Shown here piece by piece: positions 44,614 to 54,015 of a stretch of 64,000 nucleotides of DNA. Below the pieces are notes generated by a model, which worked only from the letters and a program-made list of their open reading frames with translations, was not told where the DNA came from and did not search any database. How positions within the stretch are numbered: the first letter of the stretch is position 1; the number at the start of each line of letters is the position of its first letter. This DNA comes from Candidatus Krumholzibacteriota bacterium (GTDB lineage: Bacteria; Krumholzibacteriota; Krumholzibacteriia; JAJRXK01): assembly GCA_963727455.1 (NCBI GenBank), contig CAVSGG010000003.1:128001-192000 (forward strand). Direction: 5' to 3'. A program made the translations under genes and the position numbers.

Positions 44614-45480
44614 GTGCCGAGTCAAGAGTCCCCCCTTCTGCGAGCCCACGAGCTCTTGCGCCAGAGCGGCCTCCCCCCTCTGCAGATCCAGAACGCGGGG
44701 CGTGGCAGCAATCACCATCTCTTCATCGTGGAGCTGGACGAAGGTCCGTTGCAGCTTTTGCGCATGCCCGTCGACAACGAGGCCGGGCCGCGGCTGCGCA
44801 GCGAGGAAGAGGCGATTCGCCGCGCCGCGGGGACCGTTCCCGTACCCCATCCCACCCTCCTCATTCCATCTCTGCACCGTCCCAAGGCATGCATCCAGCC
44901 GATCATCGAAGGAACCCGGGCGCAGGACTTGCGCTCGCAGGATACCTATGTCCGGCGGGTCGAAGTGCTCTGCCAGCTTCTGGGCCGAGAGCTTGCCCAT
45001 CTGCATGGCATCGAGTTTCCGGTACACGAGCCCACCTTCATCCCGTTCTTGAGTCCTAGTTTCGTGACGGGGAACGAACGCCTGCTCCACGGTGATGCTC
45101 ACCTCGGAAACCTCATGGTGCAAGCCGACGCCAAGGAAAACGTGCGGGTCTCGGGACTCATCGACTGGAGCTTCTGTCACTGGGGTCCCCCGGAGAGCGA
45201 TCTGGTAGAGATGGCAATCACCGAAGGAGAGCCGCGCCCGGCGCTCGGACGCGCGTTCTACGAAGCGTATTTGGAAGGCGGTGGTCTCGAGCCGCGTGAG
45301 CACGTCTTCAAGTGGGCCCTAGTGCGTGAGCTGGAGAGAAGGTTGGCGGCGCACGCGCAAGCCTATGAGCAAACCCCGCGCGACGCCTGGACGCGCTGGC
45401 TGGACGCCCTGCACCGTCCCGGCGCCCGGGCCCTTCACGTCTTCTCGCCCGGCCGCCCCTCCGGTGGCGACTTGGTCTAG
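44614..45480 (+). CDS. aminoglycoside phosphotransferase (APH)-family kinase
   Basis: LLHGDAHLGN catalytic loop, GLIDWS, GPPESDL. Confidence 0.8.
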   Translation: MPSQESPLLRAHELLRQSGLPPLQIQNAGRGSNHHLFIVELDEGPLQLLRMPVDNEAGPRLRSEEEAIRRAAGTVPVPHPTLLIPSLHRPKACIQPIIEGTRAQDLRSQDTYVRRVEVLCQLLGRELAHLHGIEFPVHEPTFIPFLSPSFVTGNERLLHGDAHLGNLMVQADAKENVRVSGLIDWSFCHWGPPESDLVEMAITEGEPRPALGRAFYEAYLEGGGLEPREHVFKWALVRELERRLAAHAQAYEQTPRDAWTRWLDALHRPGARALHVFSPGRPSGGDLV

Positions 45481-45482
45481 GG

Positions 45483-47183
45483 TCAGAGAGTGGGGTGCTT
45501 CAAATTCCAACCGCTGGCCCGTTGGTAAGCGGTGGCCAGGGCCACGATGGCCCCTTCCTCATAATTGCGTCCCACGAAAGTGAAACTGAAGGGAGTGCCG
45601 TCGCTCTTGAAACCGTTGGGCACGACGACACAGGGATTGCCCGTGAGGTTCGTGTCCAAAAGGCTGCGACCGGCGAAGCTCGGACAGACGTAGCCGTCCA
45701 AATCTCCCAAGATCGTCTGATAGCGCTCTTGCAGGAGGGTGCGGGCCCGCTGCGCCTGCAAATACTGCACGGCGGGCAGGAGCTGCGCAGCGCGGAAAAC
45801 ATTGGGCCAGGCATCTTCGGCCTGCCGCACCATTTCGTCGTCGCGATTGTTCCGGGTGAGTTCGTCGAAGGCCGCCGCCGCTTCCGCCTCCAACACCACC
45901 AACATTTTGGCCACGGGCAAATCCGGAAGTTCGATGGGAGTGAGTTCGATCCCCAACTGGGCGAGAACCGCAAGCGCATCCTGGTCGAGCTTCGAGTTCT
46001 CATACTCACTCTCGAACGCGGCCTTGTTGAAGCCGAAGCGCAGGTCCTTCAGCTCGTCCAGCGAATACTGGCGCCAGGGCGCGCTGACCGCGTCGTGGTC
46101 CTTTCCGTCGGCGCCGTGGATGGCCGAGACCACCAAGGCCGTATCCTCCGCGTAGCGGCACAGTGCCCCGATCTTGTCCATGGTCCACGAGAGCGCCATG
46201 CAGCCGGTGCGGGGAACGCGCCCGAAGGTGGGACGCAAGCCGGTGGCGCCACAGCGCGTGGCGGGGGAGACGATAGAACCCAGAGTCTCCGTCCCCAGAG
46301 CGAAGGGAAGTCCTCCGGCCGCCACCGCGGCCGCGCTTCCAGCGGAGGACCCACTGCTTCCCTGCTCGAGCTTCCAAGGGTTCTTAGTGGTTCCACCGAA
46401 CCACACGTCTCCCCAGGCTAGCGCGCCCACACTGGTCTTGGCGACGAGGACCGCCCCGGCCTGGTCCAGGCGCTTTACCGCTTCGGCATCTTCGTCGAGA
46501 ATCTGTTCGCGATAGGGGGCGCACCCCCAGGTGGTCGGGTATCCCTTCACCGCCAACAAGTCCTTCGCCCCCCAGGGTATGCCGTGCAGAGGTCCCCGAT
46601 AGTGCCCGGCCGCGATTTCCTCGTCTGCCTTGGCCGCCTGCTCCATCGCCCGCTCCTCGGTGAAGCTAATCACGCAGAGTAATTTCTCGTTTAGTTTGCG
46701 CAGCCGATCCAAAAAGAAGCGGGTCAACTCGACACTCTTGATCTTGCGACTTCGCAGAAGATGCGACAGCTCGAAGAGGGAAGCGTATGCCAGTTTCTCC
46801 GGCAGAGGTCGCGCGAGAGAGGCTTTCGGGCCGTAGGGGTCGAGCGCCTTCGAGATGGCCTTGTAGTCGCGTTGTTCTGGGAGCGGCACGCGCGACACGG
46901 ACTGCCGACTCAAAGGAAAGAAGCTGGTGGCCGGCTGCACCTCGTTGGCGAGCTGGAGCTTCTCCACCGCCTTCAAATCCGCCAGATGGTCTCGCACGCT
47001 CTTCAGCATCAGCTCGCGCTCGGACTCGGTGAACTGCAGTCCGGCGAGACGTTCGGCACAGGCAATGGTATTTTCGTCGATCTCTGTGTCTTGCGCCTGA
47101 AGTAACTGGGGCATGAGCGCAAGTACGATGGAAGAGGCCGCGGCGCTGCCCAGGAACCGGCGACGGTCTAATGTTCTGCTCAT
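45483..47183 (-). CDS. amidase signature family protein with Tat signal
   Basis: DRRRFL Tat motif; GPLHGIPWGAKD, GSSGSSAGS, GTETLGSI. Confidence 0.9.
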   Translation of the reverse strand: MSRTLDRRRFLGSAAASSIVLALMPQLLQAQDTEIDENTIACAERLAGLQFTESERELMLKSVRDHLADLKAVEKLQLANEVQPATSFFPLSRQSVSRVPLPEQRDYKAISKALDPYGPKASLARPLPEKLAYASLFELSHLLRSRKIKSVELTRFFLDRLRKLNEKLLCVISFTEERAMEQAAKADEEIAAGHYRGPLHGIPWGAKDLLAVKGYPTTWGCAPYREQILDEDAEAVKRLDQAGAVLVAKTSVGALAWGDVWFGGTTKNPWKLEQGSSGSSAGSAAAVAAGGLPFALGTETLGSIVSPATRCGATGLRPTFGRVPRTGCMALSWTMDKIGALCRYAEDTALVVSAIHGADGKDHDAVSAPWRQYSLDELKDLRFGFNKAAFESEYENSKLDQDALAVLAQLGIELTPIELPDLPVAKMLVVLEAEAAAAFDELTRNNRDDEMVRQAEDAWPNVFRAAQLLPAVQYLQAQRARTLLQERYQTILGDLDGYVCPSFAGRSLLDTNLTGNPCVVVPNGFKSDGTPFSFTFVGRNYEEGAIVALATAYQRASGWNLKHPTL

Positions 47184-47353
47184 GGCGATGTTCTCCCCTC
47201 TGAAAGGACCTAGCCAGTATCCCTCATGATCCCCACTGCAGTCGCGGAAGAAATTGCACGGACTCGACGGGGCGCGAGTTTGCGCCTATCCTGGGCTGCG
47301 ATCTCGCGAGGAGAGACTGCCGAAACGAATTTGTTGCCGTAGAGAGTGGGACC

Positions 47354-48151
47354 ATGGCTCAGGAACGCCGCTACGTGAAGAGAGAGGGCGCGCCCCTCAT
47401 GACCACGACCCTGTGGGATTACCGCTCGCAGAACTATCCAGGAAGACCTCAAGGTAACCCCGACTTCGCCGGGGCCACTCCCAGCTACATCATCTGGAAC
47501 CTATTGCAACGCTATACCAAGCCCAAGTGGCTCGTAGTGGATCCCATGGCGGGAAGTGGAACCACCCTGGACGTGGCGCGCGATCTCTCGCGCCGCGCCC
47601 TGGGCTATGATTTGAAGCCCACGCGAAAGGACATCTTCCGCGCTGACGCAAGACACTTGCCCTTGGAGTCAGAAAAGGCGGATTTCGTCTTCCTGGACCC
47701 CCCCTACTCCACGCACTTGAAGTACAGCGAAGAGGAGGAGTGCATCGGGGAACTCGATGCTCGAGTCGGGCCCGAGTACTACGCCGCCATGGAAAGCGTG
47801 ATGGCGGAAATTCACCGAATTTTGCGCCGTGATCGCTACATGGCGTTGTACGTGAGCGACTCTGCGCGCAAGGGCAAGAGCTTCGTCCCTTTGGGCTTCG
47901 AACTCTTCCAGCGTCTGAGGCGTCACTTTCTGCCCGTGGACATCGTGGCCGTGGTTCGACACAACCGCAGTCTCAAACGGAATCACTGGCACGAGAGCGC
48001 GGCGGAAGGCGGCTATTTTCTGCGGGGATTCAACTATCTGTTCATCATGAAGAAGGAGATCGGCAAAAGGAAGTCAGGCCGGTCCGCCCGAAGCAGCTCG
48101 AGCAAACCGAAGTCCCGCGCCAAGTCACGCACCAAGACCCGGAAATCCTAG
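47354..48151 (+). CDS. orphan amino-methyltransferase (N6-adenine/N4-cytosine DNA MTase or Trm11-like)
   Basis: DPMAGSGTT SAM-binding motif followed by LDPPY; basic C-terminal tail; start may be 47399. Confidence 0.8.
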   Translation: MAQERRYVKREGAPLMTTTLWDYRSQNYPGRPQGNPDFAGATPSYIIWNLLQRYTKPKWLVVDPMAGSGTTLDVARDLSRRALGYDLKPTRKDIFRADARHLPLESEKADFVFLDPPYSTHLKYSEEEECIGELDARVGPEYYAAMESVMAEIHRILRRDRYMALYVSDSARKGKSFVPLGFELFQRLRRHFLPVDIVAVVRHNRSLKRNHWHESAAEGGYFLRGFNYLFIMKKEIGKRKSGRSARSSSSKPKSRAKSRTKTRKS

Positions 48152-48168
48152 TCCATGGGAGTCACGTT

Positions 48169-48741
48169 TTGAGCCTCGCACCCTGGAACATCCACCGCGA
48201 CGAAACCCTCGCCGACATGGGAATTTTTCAGCTGCACTCGGTGCGCGCGGAAAATCCGCGTACCGGCAAGCTGCGCGATCTCGCACTCGTCTCGACTCGC
48301 GACTGGGTGAACGTCGTCCCTCTCACCCAGAAGCGGGAAGTGGTGCTGGTCAGGCAATGGCGGCACGGAACGCGTTCGATGACCTTGGAAATTCCAGGGG
48401 GTTTGGTCGATCTCGGCGAGGAACCGGTGGCGGCAGCCGCTCGCGAGGTACGCGAGGAGACCGGCTTTGCGGGGCAGGATCCCGTGCAGCTGGGAGTGGT
48501 GCAGCCCAATCCGGCTTTCCTGAACAATCTCTGCTACACCTATCTCATCGAGGGCTGCCGGAAAGTGGGAGAGCTGCAGCTCGATGACGGGGAAGATATC
48601 GAGGTCGTGCGCGTGCCTCTGGCCGAGATTCCCCGGCTCGTCGCCGAGGGAACGATTCAGCACGCTCTGGTGATCTGTGGATTTTACTGGCTGCGCCGCA
48701 AACGCCCCGAGCTCTTCGACGGCCGCGGGGAAATCAGTTGA
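48169..48741 (+). CDS. NUDIX hydrolase (ADP-ribose pyrophosphatase-like)
   Basis: LVRQWR, EIPGG...AAAREVREETG Nudix box. Confidence 0.9.
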   Translation: MSLAPWNIHRDETLADMGIFQLHSVRAENPRTGKLRDLALVSTRDWVNVVPLTQKREVVLVRQWRHGTRSMTLEIPGGLVDLGEEPVAAAAREVREETGFAGQDPVQLGVVQPNPAFLNNLCYTYLIEGCRKVGELQLDDGEDIEVVRVPLAEIPRLVAEGTIQHALVICGFYWLRRKRPELFDGRGEIS

Positions 48742-49189
48742 TCCGTGTGGCGAAAATGTAGAGTAAAGCCAAGGCGGCCAGAAGCGCGACCCCTCCCAGA
48801 ACCATGATCGCAGCTTGCAAAGGACGCTGCTCGTCTCCGGACGCTCGCGCGATGATCAGAGCCGCCACCACCACGACGACTGAAACGACCACCACCGCCA
48901 AGGGCAGCATCTGTTGCGCGTGGGGAATCACCCCACTCTGCAGGCCGAACACGGCCAGGCCGACGAGGAGAATCGCGGTGACCATGAGAGCAATGGTCAC
49001 TGCTCCCCAGTTCGCACGGGGGTTGGATCGCGTCGAAATGCTCGCCAGGCGGAGAGCCGCCCACACCTCCCGCTCGCTCGCATCGGGGTGCTCTTTTTTG
49101 AAGTCCTGGATCTGGGCGATGAGGCTCTGAGCGAGTTCCCGTGCACGCGGAGACGCAGGGGGCAAAGAAGCGGGCGGGATGAAAGTCAT
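48734..49189 (-). CDS. hypothetical membrane protein
   Basis: GGAGG RBS; three hydrophobic helices. Confidence 0.65.
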   Translation of the reverse strand: MTFIPPASLPPASPRARELAQSLIAQIQDFKKEHPDASEREVWAALRLASISTRSNPRANWGAVTIALMVTAILLVGLAVFGLQSGVIPHAQQMLPLAVVVVSVVVVVAALIIARASGDEQRPLQAAIMVLGGVALLAALALLYIFATRIN

Positions 49190-49325
49190 GACCGGAACCT
49201 CCCGGGCCTGAGTTCATGCTCTTGACCTTACAGCAGCTCGGGAGGAAGGCAACCGTTGGGGCGGATCCGGCTCGGAGAGCCGCATCCAGTTTCCCGACAC
49301 GCAATGCCGCAGGCGCGTCGCACGA

Positions 49326-50864
49326 CTAGGGCGCCTTCACCGCTCCCAAGTCCCAGGCCGTACCCTCCCGCGTCTGCCGCAGAATGTCCCAGCCACGATC
49401 GGTCACGCCCGGATCCCAGTTGGGGTGCTGGGCGTAGCTGAAGGCCGAGATTCCCGCGCCCTTGGCGGGCGACTGCGCGGAGAGCGCAAAGTCGCGCGCA
49501 ATCTCCAGCACGCGATCGCTTCTCAGGACCGCGGTGCTGGGAACTCGCGGGGAACTCAGTCCGGCCGCCGCGCCCAAGACTCCGTGAGCCTCGGCGCTCA
49601 AGTCGAGGTCGCTGCTGGCGACGTTGCCATCGCTGAGATTGTAGTCGTGGCTCACGCCGTCGGCACCGCCCTCGCGCACCCAGATCAGCCGGCCGTCGCC
49701 AGAAGCCGAGGGTTGATTCGATTGGAAGATGTTATTGAAGATCCAGCAGCTGCCGACGGGCACGCGGTTGCCACGCAGTTCGAGGACCGCCCGCAGCTGC
49801 GCTCCGCTGTTGCCCCAGAAGGTGTTGTTGTAGACCCAAACATCGTCGCTGTTCATGACGGCCAGTGCCGCATCGCCCTTGCATCCAACGAAGATGTTGT
49901 TGCGGACGATGGCGCCGCGCACCACGGGCTGGCCGGGATCGGGAATCCCGGCCTCCTCGGTGCCGATCCCCACCGCCGCGTTCCCACAACCGCCACCCGC
50001 CGAGGGGCCGAAGACATTGTTCTCGTAGAGCACGTTTTCGCAGTTGATCTTGGAATACAGGAGCCAATCGCCCCCGTGGTCGGTGGTGTGAAAGAGCCAG
50101 CATCCCCGAATCACGACATTACGGATTTCCGCGTCACTCGTTCCGTCGAGTCCCCTACCGAAGATGTCGATGTTCTCCTGGTACCACGCTCCGTTGCCGC
50201 AGGGGTCGATCGAGGGATCGCGCTGGCCGGGATTGAAGGCCACTACGTTTTCGATCAACAGGCCGTCGACCACCCCGGACACCTTGATGAGGTCGCAGTC
50301 GTTGGGTGCATCGTAGATCACGCAGTTATGAATTTCGCAACCGCTCGCATCCAACACGCGCACCAGACCATCGCCCTGGGGCCCCTGGTTCCAGTCGCCC
50401 CGGATCTCGAAGCCATCGATGGCCGCCCCCTGAACCTGCTCCAAGCGCACCGCGCTGCGGTCTTTCGAGTAGATGGACGCGGCCAGCGGACCGTCGGCGG
50501 AGATGACGCGCACCCCCGATTTCATATAGATGAAGTTCTCCTCGTACTCGCCGGCCTTGACCATGACCGCCATTCCGGCCTCGCTCTGATTCACTCCCTT
50601 TTGGATGGTGCGACAGGGATGATCGGGATCGCCACAATCGGAGGTATCGCTGCCGTTGACGGAGACGTAGATCGAGGGTCCGCTCCAGTCGCTGCCGCCA
50701 GTGCCCGAGCCGTCACCGCCGGGGTTGGGATCCTCGGTGGGGATGTTCAGATCAGGCGAAGTCGCAGTGGGAGTAGCCTGATTGCCGCAAGCGATCAGGG
50801 TCGACAGCGAGAGAGCGAAGACGATCGAGAACATGAGATACGTCTGGGTACGGGTGGTCATCAT
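49326..50864 (-). CDS. lipoprotein with right-handed parallel beta-helix (pectate lyase-like, DUF1565-type N-terminus)
   Basis: Lipobox LIAC; YVSVNGSD...PCRTIQKG; VRNNIF, VYNNTF, IFNNIF repeats; WDLGA end. Confidence 0.8.
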   Translation of the reverse strand: MMTTRTQTYLMFSIVFALSLSTLIACGNQATPTATSPDLNIPTEDPNPGGDGSGTGGSDWSGPSIYVSVNGSDTSDCGDPDHPCRTIQKGVNQSEAGMAVMVKAGEYEENFIYMKSGVRVISADGPLAASIYSKDRSAVRLEQVQGAAIDGFEIRGDWNQGPQGDGLVRVLDASGCEIHNCVIYDAPNDCDLIKVSGVVDGLLIENVVAFNPGQRDPSIDPCGNGAWYQENIDIFGRGLDGTSDAEIRNVVIRGCWLFHTTDHGGDWLLYSKINCENVLYENNVFGPSAGGGCGNAAVGIGTEEAGIPDPGQPVVRGAIVRNNIFVGCKGDAALAVMNSDDVWVYNNTFWGNSGAQLRAVLELRGNRVPVGSCWIFNNIFQSNQPSASGDGRLIWVREGGADGVSHDYNLSDGNVASSDLDLSAEAHGVLGAAAGLSSPRVPSTAVLRSDRVLEIARDFALSAQSPAKGAGISAFSYAQHPNWDPGVTDRGWDILRQTREGTAWDLGAVKAP

Positions 50865-50952
50865 GCACCGTCACGGAAGGGAAGACAAGCAGCGTGAATA
50901 TCCGCGACAGTGGGACAGCACGTTTGATGCCATCTCAAAGCAGGGAGCCGAA

Positions 50953-52443
50953 TCAGCCCCCGAGCAGCCAGTGCATCGAGGCGTCCGCGAAGGCCTTCAC
51001 CGGGCTCCAGTAGAGCCCCAGGACCAAGGTCGGCACGGCGAGAACCACCAGAAGCACCATGTGAACCGGCGAAAGCCCCAAGCCTCCCTCGTCTTCGGAG
51101 TGTTCGAAGAACATGGCTTTGACGATACGCATGTAGTAGTAAAGGCTGACCACGCTGTTGAGGACCGCGATGAACGCCAACCAACCCATCTGCCCGTCGA
51201 TCGCCGCCGCGAAGAGGTAGAACTTGGCGATGAATCCGATGGTGGGCGGAATCCCCGCGAGCGACAACAAGAAGACCACCATGATGACCGCGAGAAGGGG
51301 CTCGCGGAAGCCGATACCCCGGTACTCGTCGATGTCCTCGCTGCCCAAGCGGTTGTTGAGCGCGATCACGACCAAAAAAGCGCCCAGGTTCATGATCGCG
51401 TAGGCGATGAGGTAGAAGAGAATGGCGGCCAGACCCGCTTCGCTCAAGAGCACGAAACCGATGAGCAAGTATCCGACGTGTGCGATGGAGGAATAGGCCA
51501 GAAGCCTCTTTACGTTCCTCTGACGAATCGCGGCCAGGTTTCCCCAAGTCATGGTGATTACGCTCAAGAACGCCAGAAGCCACGGCCACTGGATGCTCGA
51601 GAGCGCCGCCATGGTGCCCGCACCGTCCGACTGCACCAGGGCGGTGTAGAAGAAACGAATGAGCAGAGCGAATCCGGCCGCCTTGGGTCCGGCCGCGAAG
51701 ATCGCGGCCACCGGGGTGGGCGCGCCTTCGTAGACGTCAGGGGTCCAGAAGTGGAAGGGCACCGCGGAGATCTTGTAACCGATTCCGGCCAGGATGAAAA
51801 CGCAGGCCGTGAGAGTTGCCAGTTCGTTGCCACCGAACACCAGTCTGTCGTGCAATCCGGAAAAGGACATCGCGCCGCTCAGACCATAGAGGATGGAGGC
51901 CCCGTAGAGCATTAGGCCGCTGCTCACCGCGCCCCAGAGTACGTACTTCAAGGAGGCCTCCGAGGAGCGGAGGCTCATGCGGGCGTAGCCGGCCAGAATG
52001 TAGCTCGTGATCGAAACCAGCTCGATCGACAGCACCAGCATGACGAGATTGTTCGCTTCGGCCATGACCATCATGCCAAAGCAGAGCACCGCCAAATAGG
52101 CGTAGTACTCGCCCTTGTTTTCGCGGTCTTTGCCCATGATTTCACGGCTGCTGAAGCTGAACACGGCCACGATGAGGGTGACGGCCAAGAAGAGCACGCG
52201 GAAGAACTGCGCGAAGGGGTCGACCACGATCATGGTCCCCATGATGTCGTGCGCCGCCCGAGGAGGATTGGCCACCGCCATGGCGAGCGCGACCACCGTG
52301 CCCAGAATGAGAACGCTCAGCGTTACCCCATGACGGCGCTCGCGCGTCAACAAGTCCGTCAGCAAGCAGGCCACGAAGCTCAGGGCCATGATTGCCTCCG
52401 GCCAGAAGTATGCCGCATCAAGCCAGTTGAAACTCACCGTCAT
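50953..52443 (-). CDS. nuoN: NADH-quinone oxidoreductase subunit N
   Basis: EASLKY, KISAVPFHFWTPDVYEGAPTP, KRLLAYSSIAH. Confidence 0.95.
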   Translation of the reverse strand: MTVSFNWLDAAYFWPEAIMALSFVACLLTDLLTRERRHGVTLSVLILGTVVALAMAVANPPRAAHDIMGTMIVVDPFAQFFRVLFLAVTLIVAVFSFSSREIMGKDRENKGEYYAYLAVLCFGMMVMAEANNLVMLVLSIELVSITSYILAGYARMSLRSSEASLKYVLWGAVSSGLMLYGASILYGLSGAMSFSGLHDRLVFGGNELATLTACVFILAGIGYKISAVPFHFWTPDVYEGAPTPVAAIFAAGPKAAGFALLIRFFYTALVQSDGAGTMAALSSIQWPWLLAFLSVITMTWGNLAAIRQRNVKRLLAYSSIAHVGYLLIGFVLLSEAGLAAILFYLIAYAIMNLGAFLVVIALNNRLGSEDIDEYRGIGFREPLLAVIMVVFLLSLAGIPPTIGFIAKFYLFAAAIDGQMGWLAFIAVLNSVVSLYYYMRIVKAMFFEHSEDEGGLGLSPVHMVLLVVLAVPTLVLGLYWSPVKAFADASMHWLLGG

Positions 52444-52446
52444 CTC

Positions 52447-53958
52447 CTAGCCAGGAATCATCCCGATGAGGGTGATGAGCGAAGTCTTGACCATGTTGAT
52501 GAAGGGCGCCGGATAGACCCCGATGAAGATCACGATGGCCGCCAAGGGGATCACCGTCGCCAGCTCGCGGGCGTTGATGTCCGGAATGTCGACGTACTTC
52601 TCGTTGAGAGGACCCAAGAAGACTCTCTGCAGCATCCATAGCACGTAAGTGGCGCCGATGATGATTCCCACCGCGCTCACCATGGTCACCACGCGGTAGA
52701 CGGGGAAAGCGCCCAAGAACACCAGGGCCTCACCCACGAAGCCGCTGAGACCCGGCAGGCCCAGGGCCGCGAACAGAGCCAGGCTGAACACGGTGGTGTA
52801 GCGTGGCATGACCGAGCCCAGACCACCGAAGCCGTTGATCTCACGATGGTGGGCACGATCATAGATGACGCCCACCATGAGGAAGAGCATGGCCGTGATC
52901 GTACCGTGGTTGAACATCTGCAGCATGGCCCCGGTGATACCGGCCTCGTTGAACACCGCCATTCCCAAGAGCACGTATCCCATGTGACTCACCGAGGAAT
53001 AGGCCACGAGCTTCTTCATGTCCTTTTGCGCCAAGGCGCAGAAGGCCCCGTAGATGATGTTGATCGCCCCCAGAATGGCCAGGGGAAGGGCGAACCAGCG
53101 CACCGCGTCGGGCAGAATGGGATAGCAGATCCGCAGCATGCCGTAGGTGCCCATCTTCAGGAGCACCCCGGCGAGGATCACGCTCACCGCGGTGGGCGCC
53201 TCGACGTGCGCGTCGGGCAACCAGGTGTGGAAGGGGAAGATCGGCACCTTCACCGCAAAGCCAATGAAGAGGAACATGAAGATCAAGTGGCGCACGTTCA
53301 CGTTCAAAAGCCACGCGCCGTGGTTCACCTGGTTCATCATGTAGAGCATGTTGAAGGTGTGCTGCCCGGTATTTGGATCGCGCACGTTGAGGTAGAGCGC
53401 GATCATGGCGAGCAACATCAAGACGGACCCCGCCAGGGTATACAGGAAGAACTTGATTGCCGCGTATTCGCGCCGCGGTCCGCCCCAGATACCGATGAGG
53501 AAGTACATCGGAAGCAGCATTACTTCCCAGAACACGTAGAAGAGGAAGAAGTCGAGCGCGACGAACACGCCCAACATGCCGGTTTCCAACATGAGGAAGA
53601 GGGCGAAGTAACCCTTGGTCGCCTTCTCGATCTTCCAGCTCGCTCCGATGCACAAAAACGACAGAAGTGCGGTGAGCAGAACCATCGCCACCGAGATACC
53701 GTCCACCCCCACGAAGTAATCGATGTTGAAGCCGCGGATCCAGGGAGTCTTCTGCCAGAACTGAATGGCGGAGGTTCCCCGGTCGAAGCTGAACAAGAGC
53801 TGGAATGCGAGAGCGAGTGGGATGGCAGCGGTCACCAAAGCCGTCCATCGATGCGCCGTCTTGTTGTTCGACGGCAGCATCACCAGGATGGCCGCGCCCA
53901 GAAGCGGCACGAATGTCATCCAGGTCAACAGCGCGCTGGGGTTCGCGAGTTCGGTCAT
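52447..53958 (-). CDS. nuoM: NADH-quinone oxidoreductase subunit M
   Basis: FYVFWEVML, PFHTWLPDAHVEAPT, LLKMGTYG. Confidence 0.95.
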   Translation of the reverse strand: MTELANPSALLTWMTFVPLLGAAILVMLPSNNKTAHRWTALVTAAIPLALAFQLLFSFDRGTSAIQFWQKTPWIRGFNIDYFVGVDGISVAMVLLTALLSFLCIGASWKIEKATKGYFALFLMLETGMLGVFVALDFFLFYVFWEVMLLPMYFLIGIWGGPRREYAAIKFFLYTLAGSVLMLLAMIALYLNVRDPNTGQHTFNMLYMMNQVNHGAWLLNVNVRHLIFMFLFIGFAVKVPIFPFHTWLPDAHVEAPTAVSVILAGVLLKMGTYGMLRICYPILPDAVRWFALPLAILGAINIIYGAFCALAQKDMKKLVAYSSVSHMGYVLLGMAVFNEAGITGAMLQMFNHGTITAMLFLMVGVIYDRAHHREINGFGGLGSVMPRYTTVFSLALFAALGLPGLSGFVGEALVFLGAFPVYRVVTMVSAVGIIIGATYVLWMLQRVFLGPLNEKYVDIPDINARELATVIPLAAIVIFIGVYPAPFINMVKTSLITLIGMIPG

Positions 53959-54015
53959 CGGTCGAGTGCTCCTTCATGGGTGGACGGCGCTGCCGTCCGG
54001 TTCAGCCGCGTCCTG

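Noticed and set aside
44614-45480. Aminoglycoside resistance gene
   Set aside because: Only generic APH-superfamily kinase motifs; no mobile context and no basis for assigning a substrate.
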